DNA of 64,000 bases from Sedimentisphaerales bacterium (GCA_963663965.2 CAXXFK010000040.1:64001-128000); one strand, 5' to 3'; numbered from the stretch's first letter, positions 31,145 to 42,623 are shown. Numbers and translations are program-made. Notes: generated by a model not told the origin, from the letters alone.

Positions 31145-31973
31145 GAGTATCTCCCATTTTCTGTTAGAGGATCTGTTTTGAAAAGGATTTTTATTTCTGC
31201 GAATCCAGCAGTTCATTTAGCAGTTTACGGACCTGTTCTTTGAAAATGGTTTCCCAAAAGTTAGCCAGAATAGGATCCAGTGTTTCATACAATCGGCCCG
31301 ATTCTGTTTGTTTGAGTTTGTACGCTGCCGCTTCCATCAGATTTTTGAGTTCTTCAGGAAAAATCGATACGGACAGACGAATATCGTCATCACTGCATGT
31401 CTGAAATTGCTCAAAAACACTGCTGATCCGGTCTTTTATTTTTGAGTTTTTCATGACCAGCGGTTTCCAGTCTTTGCGAAAATCATCTACTGACATCGCT
31501 TGCAGACCCCGCCTGGCAAAGGCCGTCCAAACCGGATGGCCAAGCTGCTGAAGGAGTTTGGCCGTCAGTGCATATCCAATGGGGCCGATTTGTTCGGAAT
31601 TATAAATCAGTCGCAGTTCTTCCACAACACTGGGATGTTGTCCATATCCTGAGACCATCAGCACACAGGCATGCATGAGCGTCCGTACCCAGGAGTCGCG
31701 AGGGAAATTGTCACGACAGGCCTGATAGGCCGCCGAAAACAACATCGACATCATCCCGCCAGATGACAGCTGGTCTTCGATGGGCAGCGAAAATTCTTTC
31801 TCGGACCATGCCCGTTTTTTATCATTCTTTCCCTCGGCGTTTTTATCTGAGCCAAAGCCTGCCAGTAGCCGCTCCCAGGCATTGAGTATTTGCATTTTCT
31901 GCTCAACGGCAAAACGGCCTTCCGGTAAATGGACTAAATACGTGGCCAGGCCAATATTCAGAAAAGTGCTTAG

Positions 31974-33959
31974 CCCAAATTTCGCACTTAGTCGCCTAAA
32001 AGCAGAAAAATGAAAATATTTACCGCGATTTTGGGCTGGAATCGGCGATTCAGATTCGAAAACCGCTCTGGTACAGACCTGCCCTATTGCGTGGTGTTTT
32101 CAACCTGAGATAATAAGGGCATGTATCTCAAGCGGCACAAGCGAAAAAAGAACAGCAAGTACCATACTTACTACAGCATCGTCGAGAAGCGTAAGATTTC
32201 TCGCGGGCGTTATGTGGAGAAGATGGTGTTGTATCTGGGTGAGATCTCCGATTCTCAGAAGAAGAGTTGGGAAAAATCCATTGAGATCATCAACGAAGAC
32301 AACAAACCCGTTCGCAAATCATTATTCGCTTATGATCAGGACAAGGATATCCGTGTCGATGTCGATACCATTCCGGTCAAGCTGTCAAAAATGAAGCTGG
32401 AAAACCCAAGAGCATTCGGCGATTGCTGGCTGGGTTGTGAGATATGGGACAGGCTGGGGTTGGATAAATTCTGGTCGGAAAGAATCGATACCGCTCAATC
32501 ACCGGTCGCCTATTCCAAGGTGGTCAAATTACTCACGGTAAACCGCCTTATCAAGCCGGGCGCCGAGTTTTATGTTCATCAGCACTGGTACAGCCAAACG
32601 GCGATGGATGTTCTGCTGGATTGCGATTTTGAGGTGGCTTCCAAAGACCGGCTTTACCGTTGTCTCGACAGAATACTGCCGTACAAGGAAGCGCTTTGTT
32701 CTTATCTGAAAGACACCTGGCAGATGATGTTTAACCTGGAATATGACATCCTGCTCTATGACATCACCAGCACTTATTTTGAGGGGTTATGTAAGCAGAA
32801 TCCCAAAGCGAAGTTCGGCCACAGCAAGGACCGCCGCAGTGATTGCCGGCAGATCCTGATCGCCCTGGTAGTGACTCCGGAGGGTTTTCCGCTTCATTAT
32901 GAGGTTCTGGCCGGCAACACCTCGGAGAAAACCACGCTAAAGCCGTTATTGCACAAAATAGAGGCCAAATACGGCCGGGCGAACCGGGTCTGGTTGATGG
33001 ATCGCGGCATTCCCAACGAAGCGGTACTGGCCTATATGCGCGATAATGGCATTGATTATCTGGTCGGCACCCCGCGCAAATTACTGGATGAGTTCCAGAA
33101 AGAACTGACCGCTAAAGATTGGGAAGAAATCAGTGATAGCGTTCGCATAAAACATATCGACCAAGATGGAGAATGCTATGTTCTGGCCCAAAGCAAAGAT
33201 CGGATGACCAAAGAACGATCGATGCGTAAAAGGAAATTGCGTGCCTATCTGGAAGGATTGGAAAAGCTGAAGAAGTATCGGGATTATGCCCGCTTTATGC
33301 AAAAGCTGGGCCAACTCAAGCATCAGGCCGGCAGTGCTCATCAATGCGTCTCTCTGACCATCCCCAAACCCAAGGACCGGATTGAAGCAGGCGAATTTGA
33401 TTACAAGTTCGAGGCTGACCAATACCGGAAAATGAGCTATCGTGACGGCGCCTATTTTTTACGGACGAGCCAAACCGGAAAAGACGGCGCCGGGCTTTGG
33501 CAGGAATACATGTTGCAATGCAATGTCGAACAGGCCTTCAAAGAACTCAAGAGCGATCTGGGGATCCGGCCGGTGTATCATCATAAGGAAGACCGGGTGG
33601 ATGCCCATGTTTTGGTCGCGTTTATGAGTTATTGCTTACAAGTGACCTTGAGGCATAAACTGCGGGCCAGCGCCTGTGGCCTGACCAGCCAAGCCGTCTT
33701 GGAAACGATGTCACGCGTTCAGATGCTGGATGTGTCCTTTGAAACGCTAGACGGCAGAACTCTGTTGCTGCAGCGCTATACCGAGCCGCAGGAGGATCAC
33801 CAGCTGATTTTGCATCATTTGAAAATGGATTTACCGCCACAAAAACCGCCCAGAATATACAACGATAAACTCAAAAAATGACACCCCCCTTTGGGGACAG
33901 ACCAACCGCACTGACGGGGTCAAAAACCGCGATTTAACCCCCTAATTGCGAAATTCGGG
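31974..33959 (+). mobile_element. IS1634-family insertion sequence, 1986 bp
   Basis: 18-bp IRs CCCAAATTTCGCACTTAG / CCCGAATTTCGCAATTAG (2 mismatches); TTAG duplication at 31970-31973 and 33960-33963. Confidence 0.93.
32121..33881 (+). CDS. IS1634-family DDE transposase
   Basis: LYDITSTYFEG, GHSKDRR, GNTSE, DRG, VEQAFKELK..L.IRPVYH. Confidence 0.95.
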   Translation: MYLKRHKRKKNSKYHTYYSIVEKRKISRGRYVEKMVLYLGEISDSQKKSWEKSIEIINEDNKPVRKSLFAYDQDKDIRVDVDTIPVKLSKMKLENPRAFGDCWLGCEIWDRLGLDKFWSERIDTAQSPVAYSKVVKLLTVNRLIKPGAEFYVHQHWYSQTAMDVLLDCDFEVASKDRLYRCLDRILPYKEALCSYLKDTWQMMFNLEYDILLYDITSTYFEGLCKQNPKAKFGHSKDRRSDCRQILIALVVTPEGFPLHYEVLAGNTSEKTTLKPLLHKIEAKYGRANRVWLMDRGIPNEAVLAYMRDNGIDYLVGTPRKLLDEFQKELTAKDWEEISDSVRIKHIDQDGECYVLAQSKDRMTKERSMRKRKLRAYLEGLEKLKKYRDYARFMQKLGQLKHQAGSAHQCVSLTIPKPKDRIEAGEFDYKFEADQYRKMSYRDGAYFLRTSQTGKDGAGLWQEYMLQCNVEQAFKELKSDLGIRPVYHHKEDRVDAHVLVAFMSYCLQVTLRHKLRASACGLTSQAVLETMSRVQMLDVSFETLDGRTLLLQRYTEPQEDHQLILHHLKMDLPPQKPPRIYNDKLKK

Positions 33960-35219
33960 TTAGGTTGAATGGGGCGTTACTCAAAGCGATTTTTTGCTCG
34001 CCGATATTTCTTTCCAGAGCTTCAAGCTGTTTGTCGTAGGCTCCTTTCTCAAATTGAGCCACAGGCTGTGATTGGTATAGCACCTGGATAACCTCTCCAT
34101 TGCGTGGATCCACATCCAACTGGATATCAAATTCGTCGATATGGATATGTGCCAGTGTGTTGTTATCGTAACTTATGCCGGTATCTGGCCGATTGGCAAG
34201 ATGAAACCAATAAGCGGGATGGACATCGACATCTGGCTGATATTCCAGGGAAGTTTCCTCATCGGATGCGCTTTTAATAGATCCCCCAAGCATCACACTC
34301 CATTGATGCTCGCCATCCTTAATCGGTGCCATTGTAAATTCAACCAGAACCTGGCCTTTCGGATCACTGGAAAGGACATGATAGTTCAAAATCGGGCAAA
34401 AATACCGTACCTGTTCCGGGGATAAGACCAACTGGTTTAATATCTGGGTTTGATTGGCCATCTCAGTCAGAATAATACCTTTTTGAGTCGAATAGACCAG
34501 TTCGACACTCAGTGCCGACGCACCCAGTAACTCCTGGAACCAGGTCCCCATACTGCCCCCATCGTCAAGGTCCAGTCTCAGCACGACATCCTTATCCCAT
34601 AACCGGTAACGAGCCATAAATTGGCCCACCTTTTGCATCAGGGCCTCTTTCTCACTCAACTTCCCATCCAGCGGTGTTGCCGGTTCGGTTTCTTCCATCG
34701 TAATGGTCAGGGTCGACTCCAGCGGTTTGTCGCTATCGATGACAGGCGTCACTTCAAAAAAACGAAAACGCCCGGAAGTGTAGAGTTTCCGCTGAATCTC
34801 TTTGATCAGAATATCATCCAGGAGTTGGCCGGTTTTCAAGCCCAGATAGCTCAGAACCTGTTCATCCGAATTGATTTTATTGCCGACCAGTTTAATGGCC
34901 CCGATCTGAGAGCGCACGCCTTCATTTTTAAATGTGATATGAAGCTCGGCCGTCAGCTGACTGTCATGGGTTACCAGTTCAACGGTAAACTCAGATTGAT
35001 AATATCCCAGAACATTCAGCAGACTATGAAGATACTGGGATAATGTTTTGGTAAAGGAAGGAACGAAAGATGGTGGTTGTTCAGTACTCCACAGCAAGGC
35101 GGCATAGACATCCCTGGCCAGTTCAGCATTCATATCGCCTTTCTTAATCGATTTCATGATGTCTGATATATTGGCCGCATCTTTAACGCGGGGATCGATT
35201 TCACTGAGACTGTTGATTA

Positions 35220-35397
35220 GGAGCCGCGCATAAATAACTACTGCATTTATCGCACAGCTTGTTGTCAGATTCAGTCGCGCCGATTGAGCGAAACCGCAGG
35301 CATAGCGATTCTATGTCGAGGATTTCGCGAGTGAGAAGCGGCTGAAGATGGCGGCAAGATGGGATGAAAAATGGAGTAGTTATTTTTGCGCGGTTCC
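35220..35397. mobile_element. 178-bp MITE with TTA target duplication
   Basis: ~29-bp imperfect IRs GGAGCCGCGCATAAATAACTACTGCATTT / GGAACCGCGCAAAAATAACTACTCCATTT; TTA at 35217-35219 and 35398-35400. Confidence 0.9.
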
Positions 35398-36158
35398 TTA
35401 ATTTGTTTTTGAGCGTATCGGATGCTCCTTGGATAACCACCGATCCCTTGGTGTAACGCGGCCCTTCTTCGATCACAATCAGAATATGCTCCGGATTGGC
35501 AACATACTCGACATCGACCATGGGAGTGGCAAAACCGCCGTTAAGGTATCCCAGCTGAATTTTTGATTCCAAAACACTCAAATAACGGTCAAGCGAGCCA
35601 ACCGGGGATTGGGCAAGAATAACATCCTTGTCCCCGGACAACGCTTTACAGATCTCTTCTCTGGCATAGGTTTTATTCCCTGCCATAATCAGTGCGTCCA
35701 TGGAATCCATCACACCAACCGTTTTGGGCGGCGTTGCCGCCGGAACAGCCTGGATTACCAATAGGCAAACCCCAAGAAAAACCAATACTGAAACCCATCG
35801 TTTTTGGGGTGTATTTGACATAACCATCTCCTGTTAACATGGATATCCACTCAAGTTATGAATATCACCTTATGGCGCGCGTTATATCAATATTCTTTAT
35901 AAGAGAACCTGGCTTATAGCCTGTACAAACTTGTCTTCCCACCGGCTTAATCTCGGATTCTTCTAAAACCCATCACCGGTCGCCAACCAATATAAGCCTG
36001 CTTGTGATATTCCGCAATAGAAAAACCTGCTTCCAGGACTGCGCAGCCATCACAACCCTTCTATGGATTCTCAGAGAATATGACCCCGAGAATCACGATG
36101 AAATCAACAATAACTTAGGCACCCGGCCATAGTAGCAAACTCATTTTGTCTGGCGCCC

Positions 36159-37190
36159 TCAGTTATCATATTGATAACTCATCAATCGAGCCGCTTCTGA
36201 AGCCGAAATTCGGATAATCGTACCATGACGATACCCGCCCGGAGTAACCATTTTCTGGCGAATACTCATCCAGTGCTTCATGTCTTTACTCTCGTACCCG
36301 CTGGAATAATTCTGGCAGGCATAATAAAGCCGCACCTTCTCCCCGAACTGCACCGCACAGGGCCCCTCCGCCCAGCCTTCCTCCGGCGCCGTAATCATGT
36401 TCGGATCAACCACATAGGGACCTTCCCGGGCGGGCGCTTTAGCCACCAGAATCCCCCGTTTGGGTTCCTCGCGCCGGTCGGCCTTAAAAAACATAAAATA
36501 ACCCTGATCCGCCTCATGATACAGGTAGGAGTCAATCGCCAGACAATCCCCGTTGAATAACAGCCGGGACGGGGTGAATGTTCGAAACTCTTTGGTAACT
36601 GCATAGTAAATCCGTGGATTCGCATGCCCGTTAAAAAGCGCCAGCGTTTCCGGAAAAATATCCCTGACCGAGGAAGACCAGTGAATCAGCCACTCCTTTT
36701 TCTGACTATCCCAGAACAGTTCCGGTGCCCAGATAAAGTCTGTCTTGTCATGGTCCTTCATCAGCTCAATCACACGTTGCTCGCTCCAATGAATCAGATC
36801 CCTGGAACAGGCGTATCCAATCCCTTTATACCTGTTGCAATTCCACGCTATCGTCCATACCAGATGATAGGTACCCTTGTCATCCCTGGCGATCGATGGA
36901 TCGCGAAACACCTCGCCGACCGTCGGCTTCAGTACCGACCTGTCCTCATGAATCACCTGCCACTCCAAACCTTCCCGGCTCACTGCCAGATGCAATCCAT
37001 CTGTCTGGTTGGGTTCCCGATGAGATGTCATCAAAAACCAGTCCCCCAAACTCACCTCTGCCTCATCACCCGCCATGCCATTCTCGGTACCCTGCCCCCA
37101 GGCCATTTGGGCTATACAACAAAGCACCACCCACCCCCCGGCCATTACCATTCGCCTGCCGCAATCTATTCTGTTCATAACCTGCTCCAA
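36159..37190 (-). CDS. GH43-like five-bladed beta-propeller glycosidase
   Basis: RDPSI, SRDLIHW, WAPE, ID, AEGP, RHGT. Confidence 0.85.
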   Translation of the reverse strand: MEQVMNRIDCGRRMVMAGGWVVLCCIAQMAWGQGTENGMAGDEAEVSLGDWFLMTSHREPNQTDGLHLAVSREGLEWQVIHEDRSVLKPTVGEVFRDPSIARDDKGTYHLVWTIAWNCNRYKGIGYACSRDLIHWSEQRVIELMKDHDKTDFIWAPELFWDSQKKEWLIHWSSSVRDIFPETLALFNGHANPRIYYAVTKEFRTFTPSRLLFNGDCLAIDSYLYHEADQGYFMFFKADRREEPKRGILVAKAPAREGPYVVDPNMITAPEEGWAEGPCAVQFGEKVRLYYACQNYSSGYESKDMKHWMSIRQKMVTPGGYRHGTIIRISASEAARLMSYQYDN

Positions 37191-37448
37191 AATCTTGGTT
37201 TTATAAATATGATGAATTGAAAAGGAGTAATAGTGTAAATGATCGATCGGGCAATGAACAACTGCTTGATCATCAAAACAATAACCACATTATTTATAGG
37301 TACTTAAAGAACCTCAAGAACCACCTTCAATTTCAAACCGGATTCCCGCACGCATTACAGAAGCCCGAAGGATCGAAAGGTCTACCGTCCATTCAAATCA
37401 CCGGGGTTTTTATTCTATCGCGCAGACTGCACGAAAAAAGCTTTCCGA

Positions 37449-38375
37449 TCAATGCAGAATCTGCCCTTTAATACAATCGCCCGGCACATCCAGCAACTGG
37501 ATACTGGAGATAGTGCGCATGGTTTTGTGGTCGAAGAAGGTCCAGACCACTTTCTTCTCGGGTGTCACTTCGATAATATGGGGCGCCTTGCCGAACTGGT
37601 TGTGGCCCACCCAGTTGGTCATCACAGTATTGCCATTGGGCAGCCGCTGGAGCCCGGTCATGAATTTCAGACTGATACCCTCGGGCAGGTCCTTCGTCTG
37701 GACCTGCCAGACGATTTTATCTTTGGGATCGACCTCGATCACCTGCTGTTTCTGATCCTTGTCACCACAGGCGATCAGGGTATTGCCGTTGGGCAGCCGT
37801 ACCACGCTGTGTGGTCCGCCCGGCGCACTGATCGTGCGAACCGTCTCGCCCTGCGGATCATATTCGCGCACCAGCTGCTGGCCGTAATGACACACCAGCG
37901 TATTGCCGTTGGGCAGTCTCCGCGCGTTACGAATGTAGGTATGGCCGCCGTCTTTGCCTTCCGGCAGCAGGTCGATACTTTTGACAATAGTCCCGTCCGG
38001 CGCCACATCGAGCAGCCGGCCGTAGTTGCACTCGGCGATAAAGGTATTGCCGTTGGGCAGCCGCTGACAGGCGAAAATTTCACTGGCGGACTCGTATTGA
38101 AAAACCACCTTTTTCTCCCGGGTCACCTCCCGGACCCCGCGGCCGGTGTTAAAGAGCAGGTTGCCATTGGGCAGCACCCAAAGATCGTTGCAGTTTTTGG
38201 CCTCGGCGTATTCCCACAGAACCTTGCCCTCGGCCGAGACCATAAAGACCTTGCCCTGGGTATAGTCGGTACAGGCAAACGGATGGCCGACGCCGGACTG
38301 AATCGGCGCAGCAGATTCCTGGGCATAAAGGCCGCTGATCAGCAGCAAAGTCAGCATCGGAACAATCGTTTTCAT
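37449..38375 (-). CDS. Secreted beta-propeller repeat protein
   Basis: Five LPNGN(T/L) blades with E.....K.VW motifs; signal peptide. Confidence 0.8.
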   Translation of the reverse strand: MKTIVPMLTLLLISGLYAQESAAPIQSGVGHPFACTDYTQGKVFMVSAEGKVLWEYAEAKNCNDLWVLPNGNLLFNTGRGVREVTREKKVVFQYESASEIFACQRLPNGNTFIAECNYGRLLDVAPDGTIVKSIDLLPEGKDGGHTYIRNARRLPNGNTLVCHYGQQLVREYDPQGETVRTISAPGGPHSVVRLPNGNTLIACGDKDQKQQVIEVDPKDKIVWQVQTKDLPEGISLKFMTGLQRLPNGNTVMTNWVGHNQFGKAPHIIEVTPEKKVVWTFFDHKTMRTISSIQLLDVPGDCIKGQILH

Positions 38376-39019
38376 GGCAGTCCTTCAGTTGTGGGTGAAT
38401 TTATTCGAAAGGTCATCATAAACCCCAATACGTACATTGGCAACTGGATTCTATGATTGGCCGTTTCCCCGTACCAGCATCTTCATAGCCTTGTTTGAAT
38501 GGACTTATTTTATAACTGTTTATTCATCATATAGTTAATGGGCTTGCTTAATTTCCAACCAAAGTTTCAATCCAAATCAATCACCCCATCATACCCCCCC
38601 ACTCTACCTGGTTAAACCCAAATCCCTATAGCAAAATTATAAAATTCCCTTTCGTGTGGTCCGTACTACTATCCGTCATTTCTTTGTATTATTTTCGTTA
38701 TTTCATTGCTCAGCAGGGCTTCATTTGTCATTATGAATAGACCTGTTTGAATGCCGGCTCGAAGCTGTAATAATTTACCTTGTCTGCATGCTAGGGAGCC
38801 GCGCCTGAATAAATGATACATTTATCGCCAGGCAATTTTCTTAATTTTGTTTTTATTCCATTTACAATTGAATTTTCCCGTTGTACCGGGAGATAAATAA
38901 TTGACGTGTAATAAGTTGTCTTTCGAGCGATCAGGAATTTTCATACCCATTGGGGATAAATTCATAATTTGTCATTCTCAAACTGATCTTTGGTCAGTTA
39001 GAGCGATCAGGAGATAGCT

Positions 39020-40543
39020 ATGATGGATAGAAGACATTTCCTCAAGTCTGCCGGATTTATGATTTCCGGATCAGCCCTGTTTACCCACGTTACCGATGTG
39101 ATGGCCGCGGCCACGGCTGGCGCTGAGTCGAAAAAGCCCAACATCGTGTTCATCATGACCGACCAGCAGTTTGGAGATGCCATGAGCTGCCGCATGGGCA
39201 AGCGTTATCTCAACACGCCGGCCATGGACAGTCTGGCTGAAAATGGGGTGTTTTTTTCCCGGGCTTACACGCCCAACCCGCTATGTATGCCCGCCCGGAA
39301 CTCGATCTTTACCGGGCGCTATCCCCATGAGACCGGGGTAACCCAAAATGCCAACCCCCAGGGCGGCCGCCTGGCCCTGGAGTTTGTCTTCATGGGAACC
39401 TATTTCCGCAATGCCGGATACACCACGGCTTACACCGGCAAATGGCATATCTGTCTTGACAGCAATGATACCCAAGCCCACGGTTTCCAGATTTTAGCAC
39501 GCCCCAAGCTTGAGAATCCCCAGGACGATAATTATGACTCTCGAATTTCTCATTCGGCCGTGGAATTCCTGCGGCAAAAACATCAGCAGCCGTTCCTGCT
39601 GGTCGTCAGTTTATTGAATCCACACAATATCTGCGAATGGGCTCGCCGCCTGGCCGGACGACAACAGAAGCTTAACTGCGGAGAGATCGGTTCGCCCCCG
39701 CAGTCGGATCAGCTGCCCCCGGCGCCGCAGAACCTGGAAGTGCCCCAAAACGAATCCGATACCATGATTACCCTGCGCAAGGCGTATCAGGTTCCGACGG
39801 GGTCGTTCCCGGTCGGAGATTTTACGGCGGAAACCTGGCGGCAGCACCGATGGGGATACTATCGGATGATCGAAAAGGTGGACGGCGAGATAGCCGGAAT
39901 CCTTAACGCGCTGAAGGCGTCCGGCCTCGAAAATGACACAGTCGTTATTTTTACCAGCGATCACGGCGACTGTGCCGGAGCCCATCGTTTCAATCAGAAA
40001 ACCGTTTTCTACGAAGAGTCCGCCCGTGTTCCGCTGATTATCTCTTATCCGGGTAAAACCCCCAAAGCGGTGTCTGACCGGCTGGTGAATACGGGGGTGG
40101 ATATTCTTCCCACAATGCTGGATTTTGCCGGAGTGCAACCCCCTGCACCACTGAAAGGCCGCTCTCTGAAACCTGTCGCGCTGGGAGAACCCGTATCTCA
40201 ATGGCGCGATTATGTCGTCGTTGAAAACAACATGACCCAGACGCCTGATGTGATGGACGGTATCGTTCCCAAATCCAAAGGCCGAATGGTTCGCACCGGG
40301 CAGTTCAAGTATTGTCTCTATCAGTACGGTCAACAGCGCGAATCCCTGTTTGATATGGAACACGATCCGCTGGAAACGGAGAACCTCGCCAGGAATCCGA
40401 AATATCACGATATTCTACTTGAGCACCGTAAATTGTTGTCGGAATTCGCAGATCAATACCATGATACTCTCGTCGCCGAAATGTTAGCCGACAATATCAA
40501 ACCGAGACCGTTTCCCAAAGCATCAGAAAAGCAAAAATCCTAG
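39020..40543 (+). CDS. Tat-exported sulfatase S1
   Basis: DRRHFLK, MTDQ, CMPARNSIFTGR, GKWH, TSDHGD. Confidence 0.93.
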   Translation: MMDRRHFLKSAGFMISGSALFTHVTDVMAAATAGAESKKPNIVFIMTDQQFGDAMSCRMGKRYLNTPAMDSLAENGVFFSRAYTPNPLCMPARNSIFTGRYPHETGVTQNANPQGGRLALEFVFMGTYFRNAGYTTAYTGKWHICLDSNDTQAHGFQILARPKLENPQDDNYDSRISHSAVEFLRQKHQQPFLLVVSLLNPHNICEWARRLAGRQQKLNCGEIGSPPQSDQLPPAPQNLEVPQNESDTMITLRKAYQVPTGSFPVGDFTAETWRQHRWGYYRMIEKVDGEIAGILNALKASGLENDTVVIFTSDHGDCAGAHRFNQKTVFYEESARVPLIISYPGKTPKAVSDRLVNTGVDILPTMLDFAGVQPPAPLKGRSLKPVALGEPVSQWRDYVVVENNMTQTPDVMDGIVPKSKGRMVRTGQFKYCLYQYGQQRESLFDMEHDPLETENLARNPKYHDILLEHRKLLSEFADQYHDTLVAEMLADNIKPRPFPKASEKQKS

Positions 40544-40928
40544 TCGCACGCTCAAAAACAGCCGGTAGCCTCAACAAGCGGTCTCAAAATAGCCTCTTCG
40601 CCCCCCGCACAGCGCCGCTTGTGAATGCCTATACCCGCCTATGCATCTCCCCCGTTTTTCAATTCCAAACCGAACCCCCACAAGCATTACCGAAGCCCAA
40701 TGAGTCAAAAATCCGCCTCAGGCGGGCTGCCAGTCTCTGGCCGGGGGTGTCAACCCGCCGGAAAATTCGCCCCCCATCCCCTCAAAGGCCTGAAAGGCCG
40801 GCAGGCAGAATGACTCATTCCAAACATTCTCCTGACTGCCTGATCCACATCATCGACTATGCTAAAATGATTCATCATACTTTGATCCATCCTGTCTCAT
40901 CTTGTGATCTCGTCAAAATATTTGCTAC

Positions 40929-41035
40929 AAAATCTCAACGATCTCCATCATCACCTGCCAGCGGTCATTGAAGTAATAGTGCGTCACAGTATCCACCGCC
41001 TCGCCCGGCATCCGCATCTCGATGCGGCGTCCCAA
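40929..41035 (-). pseudogene. Rhs/YD core fragment (copy 1)
   Basis: Translates LGRRIEMRMPGEAVDTVTHYYFNDRWQVMMEI; near-identical to 42511-42612. Confidence 0.7.
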
Positions 41036-41046
41036 GATATTTTACA

Positions 41047-41601
41047 TTATGGGAAATCTATTTTGATTGACTGCGCTTCCGGTTTTCCAATTTTTTTAAT
41101 TAATTCGCTTCTTTTAATCGGAATACTAATTGGGGGGGTATCAGGTATAATCAAAATACACAGATTTGTTTTCGTTTTATCATATTCAAGACCAACACTG
41201 ATATCAATTTCTTCATTAGTCAAATAAATCTTAAAATCATGGATAAGGTATCCATTTAAATATTTTGTTCCAATGGCTATAGTACCATCCGTATTTATCT
41301 CATAGTCAATTTCCGGTTGAGCATCTAATAACTCTTTGATTTGTTCCCGGCTAATATCATTAATGGGAATATCAAGGTTATTGAAATTCAATCTGATATC
41401 AGAATTTTTATAACCGGTAATATCGACACCATAAATTGTTATGTCAAATTTTGAGTGTCCACTGCCAACAAATCTGAGCTTTCCACCATCGTAAAATATA
41501 TCATATCTTTTCAAAAAAGTATTAAATTGAATCTCATACCAGACGATCCATATCGTCAAAATTATTAGTACAATGATTACATATTTTCTTTTCATTATCA
41601 C
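41047..41601 (-). CDS. Low-GC membrane-anchored hypothetical protein (immunity-like)
   Basis: 184 aa, N-terminal TM helix, AT-rich, flanked by an Rhs fragment and the array repeat. Confidence 0.7.
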   Translation of the reverse strand: MIMKRKYVIIVLIILTIWIVWYEIQFNTFLKRYDIFYDGGKLRFVGSGHSKFDITIYGVDITGYKNSDIRLNFNNLDIPINDISREQIKELLDAQPEIDYEINTDGTIAIGTKYLNGYLIHDFKIYLTNEEIDISVGLEYDKTKTNLCILIIPDTPPISIPIKRSELIKKIGKPEAQSIKIDFP

Positions 41602-41695
41602 AACACAATATCCTGACAGATAAGCGTACCCTATAAATTTTCAGTCACTATTTTCTGATCCATCCTGTCATCCTGTCTAAATTATTTTTCTAAAT

Positions 41696-41731
41696 TTATT
41701 CATCAATCCCATTGCCATAGACATACAACTC
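41696..41731 (-). pseudogene. Rhs core fragment
   Basis: Translates ELYVYGNGIDE*, an Rhs-core-like YVYG..IDE motif. Confidence 0.55.
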
Positions 41732-41774
41732 TTATTAGCTTTAATAAAAATGGCGTTATTTCAACTTGTTAGAT

Positions 41775-42233
41775 CTAGGGCAGATTTAGACCTTTGTATT
41801 TTTTTGTAATTCTCTTATCGATTTCATAATGTCCATCGGTATTTCTTTTAATACAAAATACTTCTGCATCAATACAAGGAATAGGCCAATAGCCATATAT
41901 CTGAACTATTACCAACATCTCATCTTCTAATTGTTTCGCCTCAGCTCTCTGATCACAACCTTCAGGAGTTATCCCATATTCCAAAGCGCTATCAGCTCCA
42001 CCTAGATGATAATCTACTGTCCATAATTCAATATCATTCATACTCTTAAATATGACGGAATTAATGCCTCTGAATCTCGTGCCATATGGCTTCATGGATA
42101 TCACTAAATTGGGATTAGATAATATGTCTATATTGACCCCATGATATGGCATAATACCTATTAGCCAAATTAAAACAAATATAACGCAACACAATATTGT
42201 AACAATCAAAATTTTAAACCATTTAATTAGCAT
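41775..42233 (-). CDS. Low-GC membrane-anchored hypothetical protein (immunity-like)
   Basis: MLIKWFKILIVTILCCVIFVLIWLIG TM helix; AT-rich. Confidence 0.7.
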   Translation of the reverse strand: MLIKWFKILIVTILCCVIFVLIWLIGIMPYHGVNIDILSNPNLVISMKPYGTRFRGINSVIFKSMNDIELWTVDYHLGGADSALEYGITPEGCDQRAEAKQLEDEMLVIVQIYGYWPIPCIDAEVFCIKRNTDGHYEIDKRITKKYKGLNLP

Positions 42234-42435
42234 ATTAGAACTCGTTCCTAAACCTGATGAAATACAGGTCTGATAACCCAAACTTGGATTGGGGCATACC
42301 CAAAGAATAATGGCAGTGTGTCAAAGACTTCATTCCCCAACCCAAAGCGCGGCCGGGTAACCTCGACAACCTGTCACGAATGGCACCGGTCAAGCACAGC
42401 TTGTCGTTGTATAACGCATTATTATCCATCACTTT

Positions 42436-42505
42436 TTTCTGATCCATCCTGTCAATGAGCTGAAAGTCCCGATGGCTATCGGGATGATCCTGTCTAAAAT
42501 ATTTT
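42436..42505. repeat. 70-bp array repeat (identical copy at 43226-43295; shorter variants ~41653-41690 and ~40882-40921)
   Basis: TTTCTGATCCATCCTGTC-AATGAGCTGAAAG-TCCCGATGGCTATCGGGA-TGATCCTGTCTAAAATATTTT. Confidence 0.9.
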
Positions 42506-42510
42506 TCTTT

Positions 42511-42615
42511 AAAATCTCGACGATCTCCATCATCACCTGCCAGCGGTCATTGAAGTAATAGCGCGTCACAGTATCCACCACCTCACCCGCATCTCGATGC
42601 GGTTGTCTAGGGCAT
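42511..42615 (-). pseudogene. Rhs/YD core fragment (copy 2, 7-nt deletion)
   Basis: YALDNRIEMR / VDTVTRYYFNDRWQVMMEI. Confidence 0.7.
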
Positions 42616-42623
42616 AATTAATT

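Larger units (their letters stand above)
31191..35827 (-). pseudogene. POTRA-like domain secreted protein (~821 aa reconstructed), disrupted by an IS1634 and a MITE
   Basis: Removing both insertions plus one TSD each restores one open frame (..NKLINSLSEIDP..; ..APFNLSTFLNIG..). POTRA-like motifs: IVIEEGPRY, I.LVGN.....LY.SGRF. Confidence 0.85.

Noticed and set aside
37452..38456. 334-aa plus-strand ORF with IAVGQ repeats
   Set aside because: Mirror of the LPNGN repeats of the minus-strand propeller gene
42235..42447. Intact toxin tip upstream of an immunity-like gene
   Set aside because: Starts inside the repeat, has no recognisable toxin motif or Rhs DPxG junction, and is at most a remnant
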